Of a stretch of 64,000 bases of DNA, positions 35,762 through 44,703 are shown one piece after another (position 1 is the stretch's first letter; every line of letters begins with the position of its first letter). The stretch comes from a virus: the IMG/VR virus record IMGVR_UViG_3300032893_000021, positions 25,287-89,286 of that record, one strand, 5' to 3'. The translations under genes and the position numbers were made by a program. A model generated the notes under the pieces. It made no database searches, was not told where the DNA came from, and was given only the letters and a program-made list of their open reading frames with translations.

Positions 35762-35762
35762 C

Positions 35763-37682
35763 ATGGCGACCGGGATCCTCGTCACCATAGCGTCGGTCGA
35801 CCGGACGCAGTCAGCCCCGCTGTCGACCGCGCCGGACGGGAACCAGAGCTGGATCACGATGACGGAGCAGGTCCCCGGGACCTCGACCGCGCGCATCCTC
35901 CTCTACGACCCGGACAACTCGATCTGGGTGGACCGGCTGTCCCTGATCACCGTCAGCGACCTGGCGAACCCCGGCAAGAACGTGTTCAACGGCTACGTCA
36001 ACAGGCGCGAGATCATCGTCGTCGCGACCTACCGGTTCTGGCAGCTGGACTGCGTCGATCTGAACGCGGTCCCGGACACGACGAACGTCGGCGTCCCCAA
36101 CGGGACGGCCTGGCAGCTCGACCAGTCGGGCCAGTACATCCCCGTCGACCCCAACGCGATCGTGATCGGCGGGTCCGACTCCGAGAACGTCCAGCGCCTG
36201 TTCGCGGCCTACTGGGCCGGTCCGGTCGACGTGGACACAACGACGTACGTCGACACGATCTCGCCGGACCTGGGCCTCGTCGAGCCGGTCGTCTGGAACA
36301 GGGTCTCGCTCCGGAACGCGCTCGACGACATCGCGACGCTGGCCGGGCCGTACACGCGCTGGTGGATCGACGCAGACGCCTTCCTCCACTGGACGTCGGT
36401 CCCACAGGCCGGGGCCCCGTCCGGCGGCGGCGGCGTGACCGGCTCGCTGCCGATGCTCTTCCCCCAGTCGGACGCCCCGCTATGGCCGCCCGCCCCGTAC
36501 GCCGTCTCGGACTCCCCGGACGGCGTCACCTCCATCTCGTACGAGAACTTCAAGTACGTGATGGACGACACGGGTGCTGCCGCCAGCCTCTACGCGAACG
36601 GCGCGACGGACTACACGATGGCCCTCAACCCGCGGCCCACGCCGGACGGTGTGGTGGCCGCGGTCGACGTCCCGCCGCCGGTCCGGCCGAACAACGGCTC
36701 CGACTACGTCGTCTACCTGACCGCCGCCGTCCAGGTGTACGGGGTGGACTGGTCGGATCCCGACAACCCGGTGAGGCTCGACACGACGACGCCCTACGGC
36801 TCGGCCGGGACGTTCGTGAACACGACGTACGAGTCGATCCCCTCCTCGGACGGGACGGTCAAGCAGTACTACGTGATCCACACCGACGGATCGCTGGTGT
36901 TCCCGGACGGCTACGCGATCTGGTCGGGCCTCGTCTCGATCCGCATCTACCCGTACACCTCGAACCCCAACCACAAGGGGGCGGACCTCGGGGTCGGCGG
37001 CACCGGCTGGGTCCAGGACGGCGACCCGTCGTGGCTGTCGAGGTACATCGACCTGCCCTCGGCGTCCTCCCAGGCGGCCCGCGACACGCAGGGCGGGACC
37101 GCCCTCGACTACGCCTCCGACTCGCTGATCCGCGGGTCGTGCGACGTGGTCTACCCGTCCGTCCTGTTCCGGGCCGGGATGGGCCTCGAGGTCACCAGCG
37201 CCCCGGCCGGTCTGGACGCCGAGACGTTCATGATCACCAAGGTCACGACGACCTTCCTGTCCGGCACGGACCTGCGGCGCGCGGCGCTCGAGTGGGGGAC
37301 CGGCCCCTTCGGGACGCTGGGGATGCGCGAGCAGGCGAAGCGCAAGGCGGCGAAGAAGCTGGGGGCCACGATCCACCGGGTCTGGTTCACGAACGCGAAC
37401 CCGTCGCCCGGGTCGACCGTGACCGCCAAGACGCAGCTCTGCAACCACGCCGGGGAGCCGTGGCACATCCGCGGGAAGCCGGTCGACTGGTCGGTCCAGG
37501 TCTTCGACCGCCACGGCAACGACGTGACGGCCGCCCAGAAGCGCCGGACCTCCTTCGCCCACGGCTGGAAGCTGTCGGCCACGTCGTCGCTCACCGACCA
37601 CTACGGCAGGGCGTCCACCCGCCTGACGCTCTCGACCTCGAAGGGCCTACAGTACTTCATGACGGCGACGACGCCGGACTAG
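35763..37682 (+). CDS. minor tail/hub protein
   Basis: Follows the tape measure; VFNGYV, ALDDIATLAG..WWID...LHW, FMITKVT. Confidence 0.7.
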   Translation: MATGILVTIASVDRTQSAPLSTAPDGNQSWITMTEQVPGTSTARILLYDPDNSIWVDRLSLITVSDLANPGKNVFNGYVNRREIIVVATYRFWQLDCVDLNAVPDTTNVGVPNGTAWQLDQSGQYIPVDPNAIVIGGSDSENVQRLFAAYWAGPVDVDTTTYVDTISPDLGLVEPVVWNRVSLRNALDDIATLAGPYTRWWIDADAFLHWTSVPQAGAPSGGGGVTGSLPMLFPQSDAPLWPPAPYAVSDSPDGVTSISYENFKYVMDDTGAAASLYANGATDYTMALNPRPTPDGVVAAVDVPPPVRPNNGSDYVVYLTAAVQVYGVDWSDPDNPVRLDTTTPYGSAGTFVNTTYESIPSSDGTVKQYYVIHTDGSLVFPDGYAIWSGLVSIRIYPYTSNPNHKGADLGVGGTGWVQDGDPSWLSRYIDLPSASSQAARDTQGGTALDYASDSLIRGSCDVVYPSVLFRAGMGLEVTSAPAGLDAETFMITKVTTTFLSGTDLRRAALEWGTGPFGTLGMREQAKRKAAKKLGATIHRVWFTNANPSPGSTVTAKTQLCNHAGEPWHIRGKPVDWSVQVFDRHGNDVTAAQKRRTSFAHGWKLSATSSLTDHYGRASTRLTLSTSKGLQYFMTATTPD

Positions 37683-37694
37683 AGGAGCCGCCCA

Positions 37695-38918
37695 GTGGGC
37701 AACCCCGATTACCCCTCGAACGGGCAGGCCGAGAGGGTCGACGCCCTCGTCGGCATCGATGACACAGCGCGCCTGAAGCTGGGCCTCGGGGACGTCGCAG
37801 TGCCGGGCGCCTCGACCGACGCCGCATGGCACGCGGCCGGGACCCACCTGTCCGGAGACGTCCTCGGGACGACGTACGGCGGCGACGACGCCGTCTCGCT
37901 GGGCGCCGTCTCGTCCGGCGGCTCCGTGGTCCCGCTCGCGGGCGACGCGGCGGGCGGGGCGCACTCGGCCGTCCTGGCGCCCGCACCGTCCGGCCTCCAC
38001 CTGGCGCAGGCGTCCGGCACGCTCTCGGCCGGGACGTACGGCTACCGGGTGACGGCCAAGACGGCGGCCGGGGAGTCCCTCGCCTCCGTCGAGGCGACCC
38101 TCGGCATCTCGGCGTCCCACGGCGTGGCGCTGACGTGGTCCCCGGTCCCGGGCGCCGTCCGGTACGGCGTCTACGGGAGGACCGCCGGGTCCGAGCAGTG
38201 GCTCGCCGACACGGCGGGCCCGGTCACGTCGTACACCGACGACGGGTCCGGCTCGCCGTCCGGCGCGCTCCCGTCGGCCTCGACCGCCTTCACCGGCCTC
38301 GCGGCCGGATGGGACGGCTCCGAGCCGAGGGCCATCGCGGTCGACGCCGCTGGCCGGGCCGCTGTCTCCGCGGCGGGCGCCTGGGCCGGGTCGGCCTACG
38401 CGGTCCCGGTGGCCGTCGACGCGAACGGCAACGTGATGACGACGCGCCTCGCGCCGTCCGGCGGCCTCGCCTACACCCTGGCGAAGTCGGGGATGGCGGC
38501 CACCGCGGCCGGGCAGCTCCTCGTCGTCGAGGGCCCGTCCGGGGAGAGCGCGTTCGTGACACGGGTGACGATCTGGAACCCAGGCATCCAGACGACCCCC
38601 GGCATCACCGAGTTCGCGGTCCGCAGGACGACGACCACGGGGACGGGCGGGACGCAGACACCGGCGGCCCACGGCGCGTTCGGGTCGTACGGCGGCGTCT
38701 GCCGGTCGCTCCCCTCGCCGGGCGGGACGCTCGGCGACACCCTGGCCCCGCTCTCGGCCTACGTCCCCTCGGCCGCCGCCGGTTTCGCGCCGCTCGTCGT
38801 GGACTTCTCCGACGCCCCGGTCGAGATCGTGTCCGGCGCCGGTCTCGCGCTCTACTCGCCGGGCGCGGCCGGTTCGGCCGGGATCTCGGCCTCGATCGAC
38901 TTCTTCACGATCACGTGA
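37695..38918 (+). CDS. minor tail/fibre protein with FN3-like domain
   Basis: GTLSAGTYGYRVTA...GES...LTWSPVPGAVRYGVYGRT...SYTDDG. Confidence 0.65.
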   Translation: MGNPDYPSNGQAERVDALVGIDDTARLKLGLGDVAVPGASTDAAWHAAGTHLSGDVLGTTYGGDDAVSLGAVSSGGSVVPLAGDAAGGAHSAVLAPAPSGLHLAQASGTLSAGTYGYRVTAKTAAGESLASVEATLGISASHGVALTWSPVPGAVRYGVYGRTAGSEQWLADTAGPVTSYTDDGSGSPSGALPSASTAFTGLAAGWDGSEPRAIAVDAAGRAAVSAAGAWAGSAYAVPVAVDANGNVMTTRLAPSGGLAYTLAKSGMAATAAGQLLVVEGPSGESAFVTRVTIWNPGIQTTPGITEFAVRRTTTTGTGGTQTPAAHGAFGSYGGVCRSLPSPGGTLGDTLAPLSAYVPSAAAGFAPLVVDFSDAPVEIVSGAGLALYSPGAAGSAGISASIDFFTIT

Positions 38919-39217
38919 GCATCGAGGGGACGTCGCCGCCCGCCACGGACTCCGGCGACCTCGGGGGAGCCACCGGCTACGGGACCTCGGGCGGCGCGAC
39001 GGTGGAGGTCGAGATCGCGGGCGGCGAGCTCGCGATCGTCGGGTGGTCGTCCCCGAGCGGGCCGCCCGTGATCGAGGCCGTCTCCGGCCCGGCCCCGGTG
39101 ACCTCCCTGGCGTCGACCGGGTCCGGCGGGTCCGGCTGGTTCACGGGCGACGGCGTCTACGCCGTCACCCAGGACGTGGGAGCCGCGTGGATCGTGGTCG
39201 CGGGAGCCGGGTCGTGA
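38915..39217 (+). CDS. small Gly-rich tail-associated protein (paralog 1)
   Basis: N-terminal SIEGTS; GWFTGDG.Y.V. Confidence 0.6.
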   Translation: MSIEGTSPPATDSGDLGGATGYGTSGGATVEVEIAGGELAIVGWSSPSGPPVIEAVSGPAPVTSLASTGSGGSGWFTGDGVYAVTQDVGAAWIVVAGAGS

Positions 39218-39525
39218 GCATCACGGGGACCTCGGCAGCCGCGACGGCAGGAGACGGCGGCGAGGGCGGCGGGGCGGCCGCCTACGCGGGCGTCGTCGTC
39301 TCGGCCACGGTCGAGCCCGGCCAGATCGGCCTGTTCACGGCGGTCGGGGCCGCGGACGATTTCTCGGCGACCGGAGCCTTCTCGGGCCTGTACGCCTCCT
39401 ACGGCGGGGGCACGTGGATCGGCTACCTCTGGGTCGACGACGCGGACCAGGGCGGGACGGTGTCCCTGTCTGCCGAGGGCCAGATAACCCTGGTCGTCGC
39501 CGACCTCGGCGTCCACCTGGCCTGA
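39214..39525 (+). CDS. small Gly-rich tail-associated protein (paralog 2)
   Basis: N-terminal SITGTS; V.PG.I.L; C-terminal LVVADLG. Confidence 0.6.
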   Translation: MSITGTSAAATAGDGGEGGGAAAYAGVVVSATVEPGQIGLFTAVGAADDFSATGAFSGLYASYGGGTWIGYLWVDDADQGGTVSLSAEGQITLVVADLGVHLA

Positions 39526-39528
39526 GGG

Positions 39529-39858
39529 ATGCCGATCACCGGGACATCCGCACCGGCCGACGTCTCCGGCTCGGCCGGGGGCGGGGGAGCCACCGGCCAC
39601 GGGTCCGTCGCGATGGCGATCGACATCGACGTGGCTCCTGGCGAGGTGGCGCTCGTGATGTCGGCTGGCTTCGAGGCGCCGTCCGTGACGGCCAACTCGG
39701 GACCGGGCCCGGAAGTCGTCATCGCGTTCACGCCCGACGAGTTCGACAGCGGGATCGCGGCCGGGTGGTTCACCGGCGACGGCAACTACCACGTCTCGGC
39801 CCCCGGCTCCCTGACGGTCCTCGTCGTCGCGCTCGGGGCCGTCGCGGGGGGGACGTGA
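39529..39858 (+). CDS. small Gly-rich tail-associated protein (paralog 3)
   Basis: N-terminal PITGTS; GWFTGDGNYHV. Confidence 0.6.
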   Translation: MPITGTSAPADVSGSAGGGGATGHGSVAMAIDIDVAPGEVALVMSAGFEAPSVTANSGPGPEVVIAFTPDEFDSGIAAGWFTGDGNYHVSAPGSLTVLVVALGAVAGGT

Positions 39859-40231
39859 GTCCAGAGGCGATCTCCGCCCTGATCGCATTCCTGATCGCTG
39901 GCCTCAGCGGGCCGAGGACGCGGACGACCACGGCCATCGGCGCCTGGAGCGACCCGCCGCCCGGGCCCCGGTAGTCGGGGTCTGGCTCGACCAGGCCGAC
40001 CGGGTCGACCTCGTACACCCAGCCGCCGAGCGCGGCCGGGTAGAGGGCCGCGAACAGATCGGCGACCATCGGGTCCTCCGTGAAGTACACCCGGTCGCGC
40101 CGGACGAGCTCCGCCCCCGGCGTCCCGGGCCTGACGTAGTCGACCGCAGCCCTGTGCCCGGTCGCGGTCGGAGGGAGGAGGTCCTGGCCGAGGCGCAGCC
40201 CGGGTGCCCCGCCGTGGTAGTACGCGGTCAC
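39770..40231 (-). CDS. Arr-like (rifampin ADP-ribosyltransferase family) ADP-ribosyltransferase
   Basis: YYHGG...L..G..LLP, RVYFT, VYEVDPVG.VEPDPD. Confidence 0.75.
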   Translation of the reverse strand: MTAYYHGGAPGLRLGQDLLPPTATGHRAAVDYVRPGTPGAELVRRDRVYFTEDPMVADLFAALYPAALGGWVYEVDPVGLVEPDPDYRGPGGGSLQAPMAVVVRVLGPLRPAIRNAIRAEIASGLTSPPRRPRARRRGPSGSRGPRRGSCRRR

Positions 40232-41277
40232 GGGCGCGCCCCCGCGGCGCCGTCTCTGGCCACCCCGAGCATGTCAAGGAGCGCGGCGGTGACGCTTTCG
40301 AGCATGTAACGGCGCTTCAGGGCCATCTCGTCGGGCGGCTCCACTGCCGCATCGGCCTCGTCGAGCGCGTCGAGGACCGCATCGGTGATGTACAGCGTCA
40401 GCGCGGCGCGCCCTGTGCCGCGCTTGACCGTGGGGCCCTTGCCGTTCTGCGCGATCCGCAGTCCACGCGCCGCCCTCATCGCCTGCGCGTGGCGGGTCAG
40501 CGTCCGGAGCACCGCGTCGGCCACGAGTTCGCGCCTCGCCTCATGATCAATCGCGGGCCTCCGCTCGCTCTCCAGCGGCGCGGGGGCGGACGCCTGCGCC
40601 TCGATCTGGAAGACGAGGTCGATGGGCTCGTTCGCCGTCCGCGGGATCTCGCGCCCCGTCAGCATGTCGTGCAGCCGCCGCCCGGCCTCGGTCAGCGGGT
40701 CGGGCCACTTCGCCGCAACTGTGGGGTCCAGCGGCGCGGCGGGGGCGGGCGTGTAGACCTGACCGTCCGGCGTGGTGACACGCGCGACAGGCGGCTCGTA
40801 CAGTCCGGCCCCCGGCGTCGGGCAGGGCGTCATGCCGGGTCCGATGCGCTGGCCGCAGTCCACGCACATGATGTCGTGGTCGAGCGGAGACGCCTCGGGC
40901 CGCAGCATCCCGTCGTCGTTGTAGTCGTCGAGGAACGGCGCGGGCTTGATGATGTCCGGCGCGTTGTGCTCCGTCATCGTGATGCCGAGCCTCGCCGACG
41001 ACTCTCGGACGGACGGGACCCGCTCCATCCGGTGACCCTCGCACCCGTCGCCCACCCAATGTTCGCGGTCCAGCGGCGCGGCGGGGGCGGCTGCGGCGTC
41101 GAGGACTCTGCTCGGCTCGGCAACCCTACGTGCGAGCAGGCCGCGGGCGAGGTCGTCGAGCGCCCGCTCGCTGATGACCGGCTCGCCGTGCGTCGCGGCG
41201 CCGACCAGTTCCAGCGCGTTCGCCCGGAGCGTCTCGCGGATGACCTCCCTCATCTCGTCAACGGGGTCGGGGGTCAT
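40228..41277 (-). CDS. modular hypothetical protein with repeated PAAPLD linkers
   Basis: GGAGG SD; three A/PAAPL[D/E] linkers encoded by near-identical DNA. Confidence 0.6.
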   Translation of the reverse strand: MTPDPVDEMREVIRETLRANALELVGAATHGEPVISERALDDLARGLLARRVAEPSRVLDAAAAPAAPLDREHWVGDGCEGHRMERVPSVRESSARLGITMTEHNAPDIIKPAPFLDDYNDDGMLRPEASPLDHDIMCVDCGQRIGPGMTPCPTPGAGLYEPPVARVTTPDGQVYTPAPAAPLDPTVAAKWPDPLTEAGRRLHDMLTGREIPRTANEPIDLVFQIEAQASAPAPLESERRPAIDHEARRELVADAVLRTLTRHAQAMRAARGLRIAQNGKGPTVKRGTGRAALTLYITDAVLDALDEADAAVEPPDEMALKRRYMLESVTAALLDMLGVARDGAAGARP

Positions 41278-41467
41278 GTGGGCACCTCCAGCGCGGCGAG
41301 CCAGCGGAGCCGCTGCGCTCGTAGGGGTGGTTGACGTGATACTGCGGGTGCCGCGGGTTCGGGCAGCCCTGCTCGCTGTGGCACGACTCTGGGGAGGGGC
41401 AGCAGGCGCCCGGCGGCTGCGGCCTCGCGGGCGCCATGCGCGGAGACCCGTCCTTGCGGGCGCTCAT
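41258..41467 (-). CDS. small Cys/His-rich hypothetical protein
   Basis: ATG immediately after the upstream stop; CCP..CH..CP..H. Confidence 0.35.
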   Translation of the reverse strand: MSARKDGSPRMAPARPQPPGACCPSPESCHSEQGCPNPRHPQYHVNHPYERSGSAGSPRWRCPHDPRPR

Positions 41468-41773
41468 CTAGTCCCTCCCGAACCCGCGCGGCAGGTCCAC
41501 GCCCTCGACCTCGTCGAGGAGGGCCTCGATGTCGCCGAAGACGTCCACGTCCACGTCGTCCAGGCCGAGGTTGGTGACCTCCTCCAGCTTCTCCTCGGTG
41601 GCCGTGCCGCGCGCGACGTCGGCCAGGTTGTCGAGCCAGTCCTGGTACTCGGACTGGAGGTCCCTCAGGGTGTCGAACGCGGCCTCGATGTCGCTCCTGG
41701 CCGTGTCGATCGCCGAGCGCGCCTCGGCTGCGGCCGCCGCCCAGCGGTCCGGCCTGCTCAGTGTCCTCGCCAT
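41468..41773 (-). CDS. acidic helical hypothetical protein
   Basis: AAGGAGG SD; LQSEYQDWLDNL...DLPRGFGRD. Confidence 0.7.
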   Translation of the reverse strand: MARTLSRPDRWAAAAAEARSAIDTARSDIEAAFDTLRDLQSEYQDWLDNLADVARGTATEEKLEEVTNLGLDDVDVDVFGDIEALLDEVEGVDLPRGFGRD

Positions 41774-41821
41774 CTCGTCTGCCCTCCTTGGCGGCCCGGC
41801 CTCCCGGGCCCCGCTGGCGAC

Positions 41822-41883
41822 ACCATACCAGGTCGGCAGGACGTTGTAAAGCCCTTTACAATCCCCGGCATGACTGCTATGGT
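41822..41883. promoter_or_regulatory. back-to-back sigma70-type promoter pair
   Basis: ACCATA-N17-TGTAAA-GCCC-TTTACA-N17-TATGGT at the second divergence point. Confidence 0.85.
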
Positions 41884-41929
41884 GGCCCCAGCGCCGGGGC
41901 GGACCCGGCAGCAAAGGAGGCTAGGGCTG

Positions 41930-43087
41930 ATGGGAGTCAAGAAGGTCAAGGAGGCGCTGCCCGCTGGCGCCACCCCGGAGACAAGGCCGGACCTGTTCGG
42001 GACGCGCGGCCAGTTCGCACGCGACCAGGACGGCGGGATGATCACGTTCGTCAACGACGCCGACAAGCCGGAGTACGCGACCCCCGAGGCGTCCGGCGTC
42101 GAGCGCGGGTTCTACGTCGCGGACCGCGGGCTGCCCTGGCACGTGGCTCTCTCTCGCACGCTCGGGACGCGCGAGCTGATGGAGGGGCGCGACTCCCTGC
42201 TGGGGGTCGACGAGGCCTGGGAGGCGCTGGGCGGCATCGAGATCGCCAAGGTCCCGGTCCTCACCCCGGACGGGGTCCCCGTCCCCGGCTGGGTCGCGAC
42301 CGTGGACGCCAAGACGGGCGCCCCCACGGGCGGCGTCGTCTCGCCGCGGTACAACGTGTTCCAGGAGCGGGACCTGATCCAGCTGGCAGTCGACCTGGTC
42401 GACGCGGGCGCGATCATCGAGACGGGCGCACACATGGCCGGGACCTCCAGGTTCTGGGTCAGCCTCGAGCTCCCCTCGCTGGAGGTCAGCGTCCCGGGCG
42501 ACGAGTCCGGCCTCCAGTCGTACCTGCTCCTCCGGAGCGGCCATGACGGCGGCATGAAGGCGCAGGCGTACATCACGCAGGTCCGCTCGGTCTGCGCGAA
42601 CACCGAGAACCTGGCGATCGACCGATCGAAGGCGGTCTGGATGCTCTCGCACCGCTCGCGGCTCGAGGGCCACATCGAGGAGGCGCGCCGCTCGCTCGGC
42701 ATCGCGTTCAAGCAGTCCCAGGAGGTCAAGGCGCTGACGACCATCCTCGCCCGCAAGCGGCTCGTCGACGACCAGGTCCGGGAGATCCTCGAGAAGGCCG
42801 TCTGGCCGGTCTCCGGCGACTCGGGCAAGGTCAGCCGCCACGCCGCCGCGGCGTACGAGGACTACCTCGAGAGCCCGACCCTGGACGGCATCCGGGGGAC
42901 GGCCTGGGGCGCGTACAACGCGGTCACGGAGTACCTCGACCACGTCCTCGATTACAAGGACGCGGCCCGGCGGACCGAGGGGCGCCGCCAGCCAGCCGAC
43001 GAGGTCAGGGCCGAGTACCTGATCGACGGCCGGGGGGCCGAGGTGAAGAACCGGGCGCTGCGCGCCCTGGTCACGGCTGCCAAGTAG
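41930..43087 (+). CDS. DUF932 (phage/plasmid-like TIGR03299-type) protein
   Basis: PWH, VSPRYNVFQ, ETGA, YLLLRSGHDG, RSVCANT, GTAWGAYNAVTEYLDH. Confidence 0.85.
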   Translation: MGVKKVKEALPAGATPETRPDLFGTRGQFARDQDGGMITFVNDADKPEYATPEASGVERGFYVADRGLPWHVALSRTLGTRELMEGRDSLLGVDEAWEALGGIEIAKVPVLTPDGVPVPGWVATVDAKTGAPTGGVVSPRYNVFQERDLIQLAVDLVDAGAIIETGAHMAGTSRFWVSLELPSLEVSVPGDESGLQSYLLLRSGHDGGMKAQAYITQVRSVCANTENLAIDRSKAVWMLSHRSRLEGHIEEARRSLGIAFKQSQEVKALTTILARKRLVDDQVREILEKAVWPVSGDSGKVSRHAAAAYEDYLESPTLDGIRGTAWGAYNAVTEYLDHVLDYKDAARRTEGRRQPADEVRAEYLIDGRGAEVKNRALRALVTAAK

Positions 43088-43096
43088 GACGGGCGC

Positions 43097-43138
43097 CGAC
43101 CCGGCCGGGGCCCTCGCGAGGGGGTCCCGGCCGGGTCG
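43097..43138 (+). terminator. intergenic hairpin
   Basis: CGACCCGGCCGGG...CCCGGCCGGGTCG inverted repeat just after the stop codon. Confidence 0.55.
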
Positions 43139-43157
43139 CAACCGGAGGGAGGTCTCA

Positions 43158-44297
43158 ATGAACACGAAGGGCCGCGGGCACGTCACCCCCGCGATGATCG
43201 AGGCGATCCGGCGCGGCGGGTCCGAGGGCTTGAGCAGGGACGCCATCGCGGCCCGCCTGGGGCTCGCGCCGACCACGGTCGGGGCCTACCTGGCGGACCC
43301 GGCCCGCTACGACGCGACGGTCGTCAGGATGCTCCGGGACGGCGTCACGCAGGCCGAGGTCATCGCCTCGACCGGGCAGGCGCAGGAGTACGTCTCGAAG
43401 GTGAACCGCTCGCTCGAGGGCGAGGCGGCGGCGCGCAGGGTCCTGGCAGGCGGCGCGCGAGACGACGACGGGCCGTTCAAGGTGGAGGCGGCCGCCGCGG
43501 AGCCCCCGGAGGCCAAGGACGAGGGAGGCATCCGGGCCCGCGTCCTCCGGGTCCTCGCCAGGCACGGCCAGCAGCGCGACACGGACAAGCTGCTCTACGA
43601 GTTCAAGCGCGACGGCGGGAACGTGCGGACAGGCCTCCACGAGATGCAGCACGTCGTCCGCTCCCTCGGCAAGCAGGGGCTCGTCGAGTTCACCGAGACG
43701 CGCCGCGGGACGAACCAGACCATCCTGGCCAACATCGCGCTGACGGCATCGGCCGTCGCCGAGGCCAAGGCGATCAAGGCGGCGGCGCACGTCGGCGGCG
43801 TCCGCGCGGGGACCGGCGTCGGGATCGCGGCCCGGGTCGACGAGGAGCACGAGGGGCCGTCCGGCGAGCGCGTCATCGACAAGGCGACGCTCGTCGAGGT
43901 GTCGCTGGTCGCCCACGACTGCCCGTCCTCCGGGCCCGGCAAGGTCTGCGAGCACGGGGTCGGCCGTGCCACGGCCGTCGACACCGACGACGTCGTCCGC
44001 GCCCGAGAGATCGAGGGCGTCAAGTCCAGCGGCTGGGTCACGCCGGACGCCGTGGTCCTCGTCCCGACCGAGCCCGCCCCCGAGCCGGACCGCTACCCGC
44101 TCCTCGCCGAGCTGATCCGGCGGTCCAGCCGCGGGGCGGAGCGGGGCCGCCTCCTGCGGGCGGCCGCCGAGCTGGCCGACGACGACGGGCAGCGCCAGGA
44201 GATCGAGGTGCTGGCCCTCGAGGCCGAGCAGCCGCGGCTCAGCGCGCTGGAGCTCGAGTTCATCGCATACGCCAGAGAGCACAGGAGGACCGCATGA
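43158..44297 (+). CDS. HTH DNA-binding protein
   Basis: GLSRDAIAARLGLAPTTV and GVTQAEVIASTGQAQEYVSKV tandem HTHs plus a winged-helix-like segment. Confidence 0.65.
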   Translation: MNTKGRGHVTPAMIEAIRRGGSEGLSRDAIAARLGLAPTTVGAYLADPARYDATVVRMLRDGVTQAEVIASTGQAQEYVSKVNRSLEGEAAARRVLAGGARDDDGPFKVEAAAAEPPEAKDEGGIRARVLRVLARHGQQRDTDKLLYEFKRDGGNVRTGLHEMQHVVRSLGKQGLVEFTETRRGTNQTILANIALTASAVAEAKAIKAAAHVGGVRAGTGVGIAARVDEEHEGPSGERVIDKATLVEVSLVAHDCPSSGPGKVCEHGVGRATAVDTDDVVRAREIEGVKSSGWVTPDAVVLVPTEPAPEPDRYPLLAELIRRSSRGAERGRLLRAAAELADDDGQRQEIEVLALEAEQPRLSALELEFIAYAREHRRTA

Positions 44298-44623
44298 CGG
44301 CCTGCGTCGGCTGCGGGGCGGAGGCCACCGGCCTCCGCTGCCGGGCCTGCAACATCAAGGAGCAGAGGCGGCTCTCGCTCGCCGAGTCGGCCGCCCGGGA
44401 CCGGGACCTGATCGCGTCGGTCGAGTCGGAGGGGCTCAACTCGACCCGGCTGGCCAACAGGCTGGGCGTCTCGCGGGTCGCCGCCGCCCGGCGGATCCGC
44501 GACGCGCGGCGCCGGGAGCAGGAGCGCGCCGAGGCCCTCGAGGCGGCCTCCGTCGGCGACGTCGTGCCGTCCCTCGGGGGGGACGGCGAGTCCGAGGTCG
44601 TCTCGGCCTGGACGCGCGCGTAA
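44294..44623 (+). CDS. small Zn-finger plus HTH protein
   Basis: CVGC..CRAC; GLNSTRLANRLGVSRVAA. Confidence 0.6.
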   Translation: MTACVGCGAEATGLRCRACNIKEQRRLSLAESAARDRDLIASVESEGLNSTRLANRLGVSRVAAARRIRDARRREQERAEALEAASVGDVVPSLGGDGESEVVSAWTRA

Positions 44624-44657
44624 CCCCTTTACAGGTATTCGCCGACGGGCGTATGAT
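44624..44657 (+). promoter_or_regulatory. early promoter
   Basis: CCCC-TTTACA-N18-TATGAT. Confidence 0.75.
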
Positions 44658-44703
44658 CGGGGGGAGTCCCAGCACGCGCTGGGCCACCGTTCAGGAGGAT
44701 TCG

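Noticed and set aside
39770-40231. Calling a bona fide rifampicin-resistance gene (arr)
   Set aside because: Only family-level motifs are visible; the substrate cannot be inferred from sequence by eye
41468-44623. Lysogeny module (integrase/repressor/att site) at the divergent promoter
   Set aside because: No tyrosine or serine recombinase motifs and no clear CI-like repressor; lifestyle cannot be determined from this window
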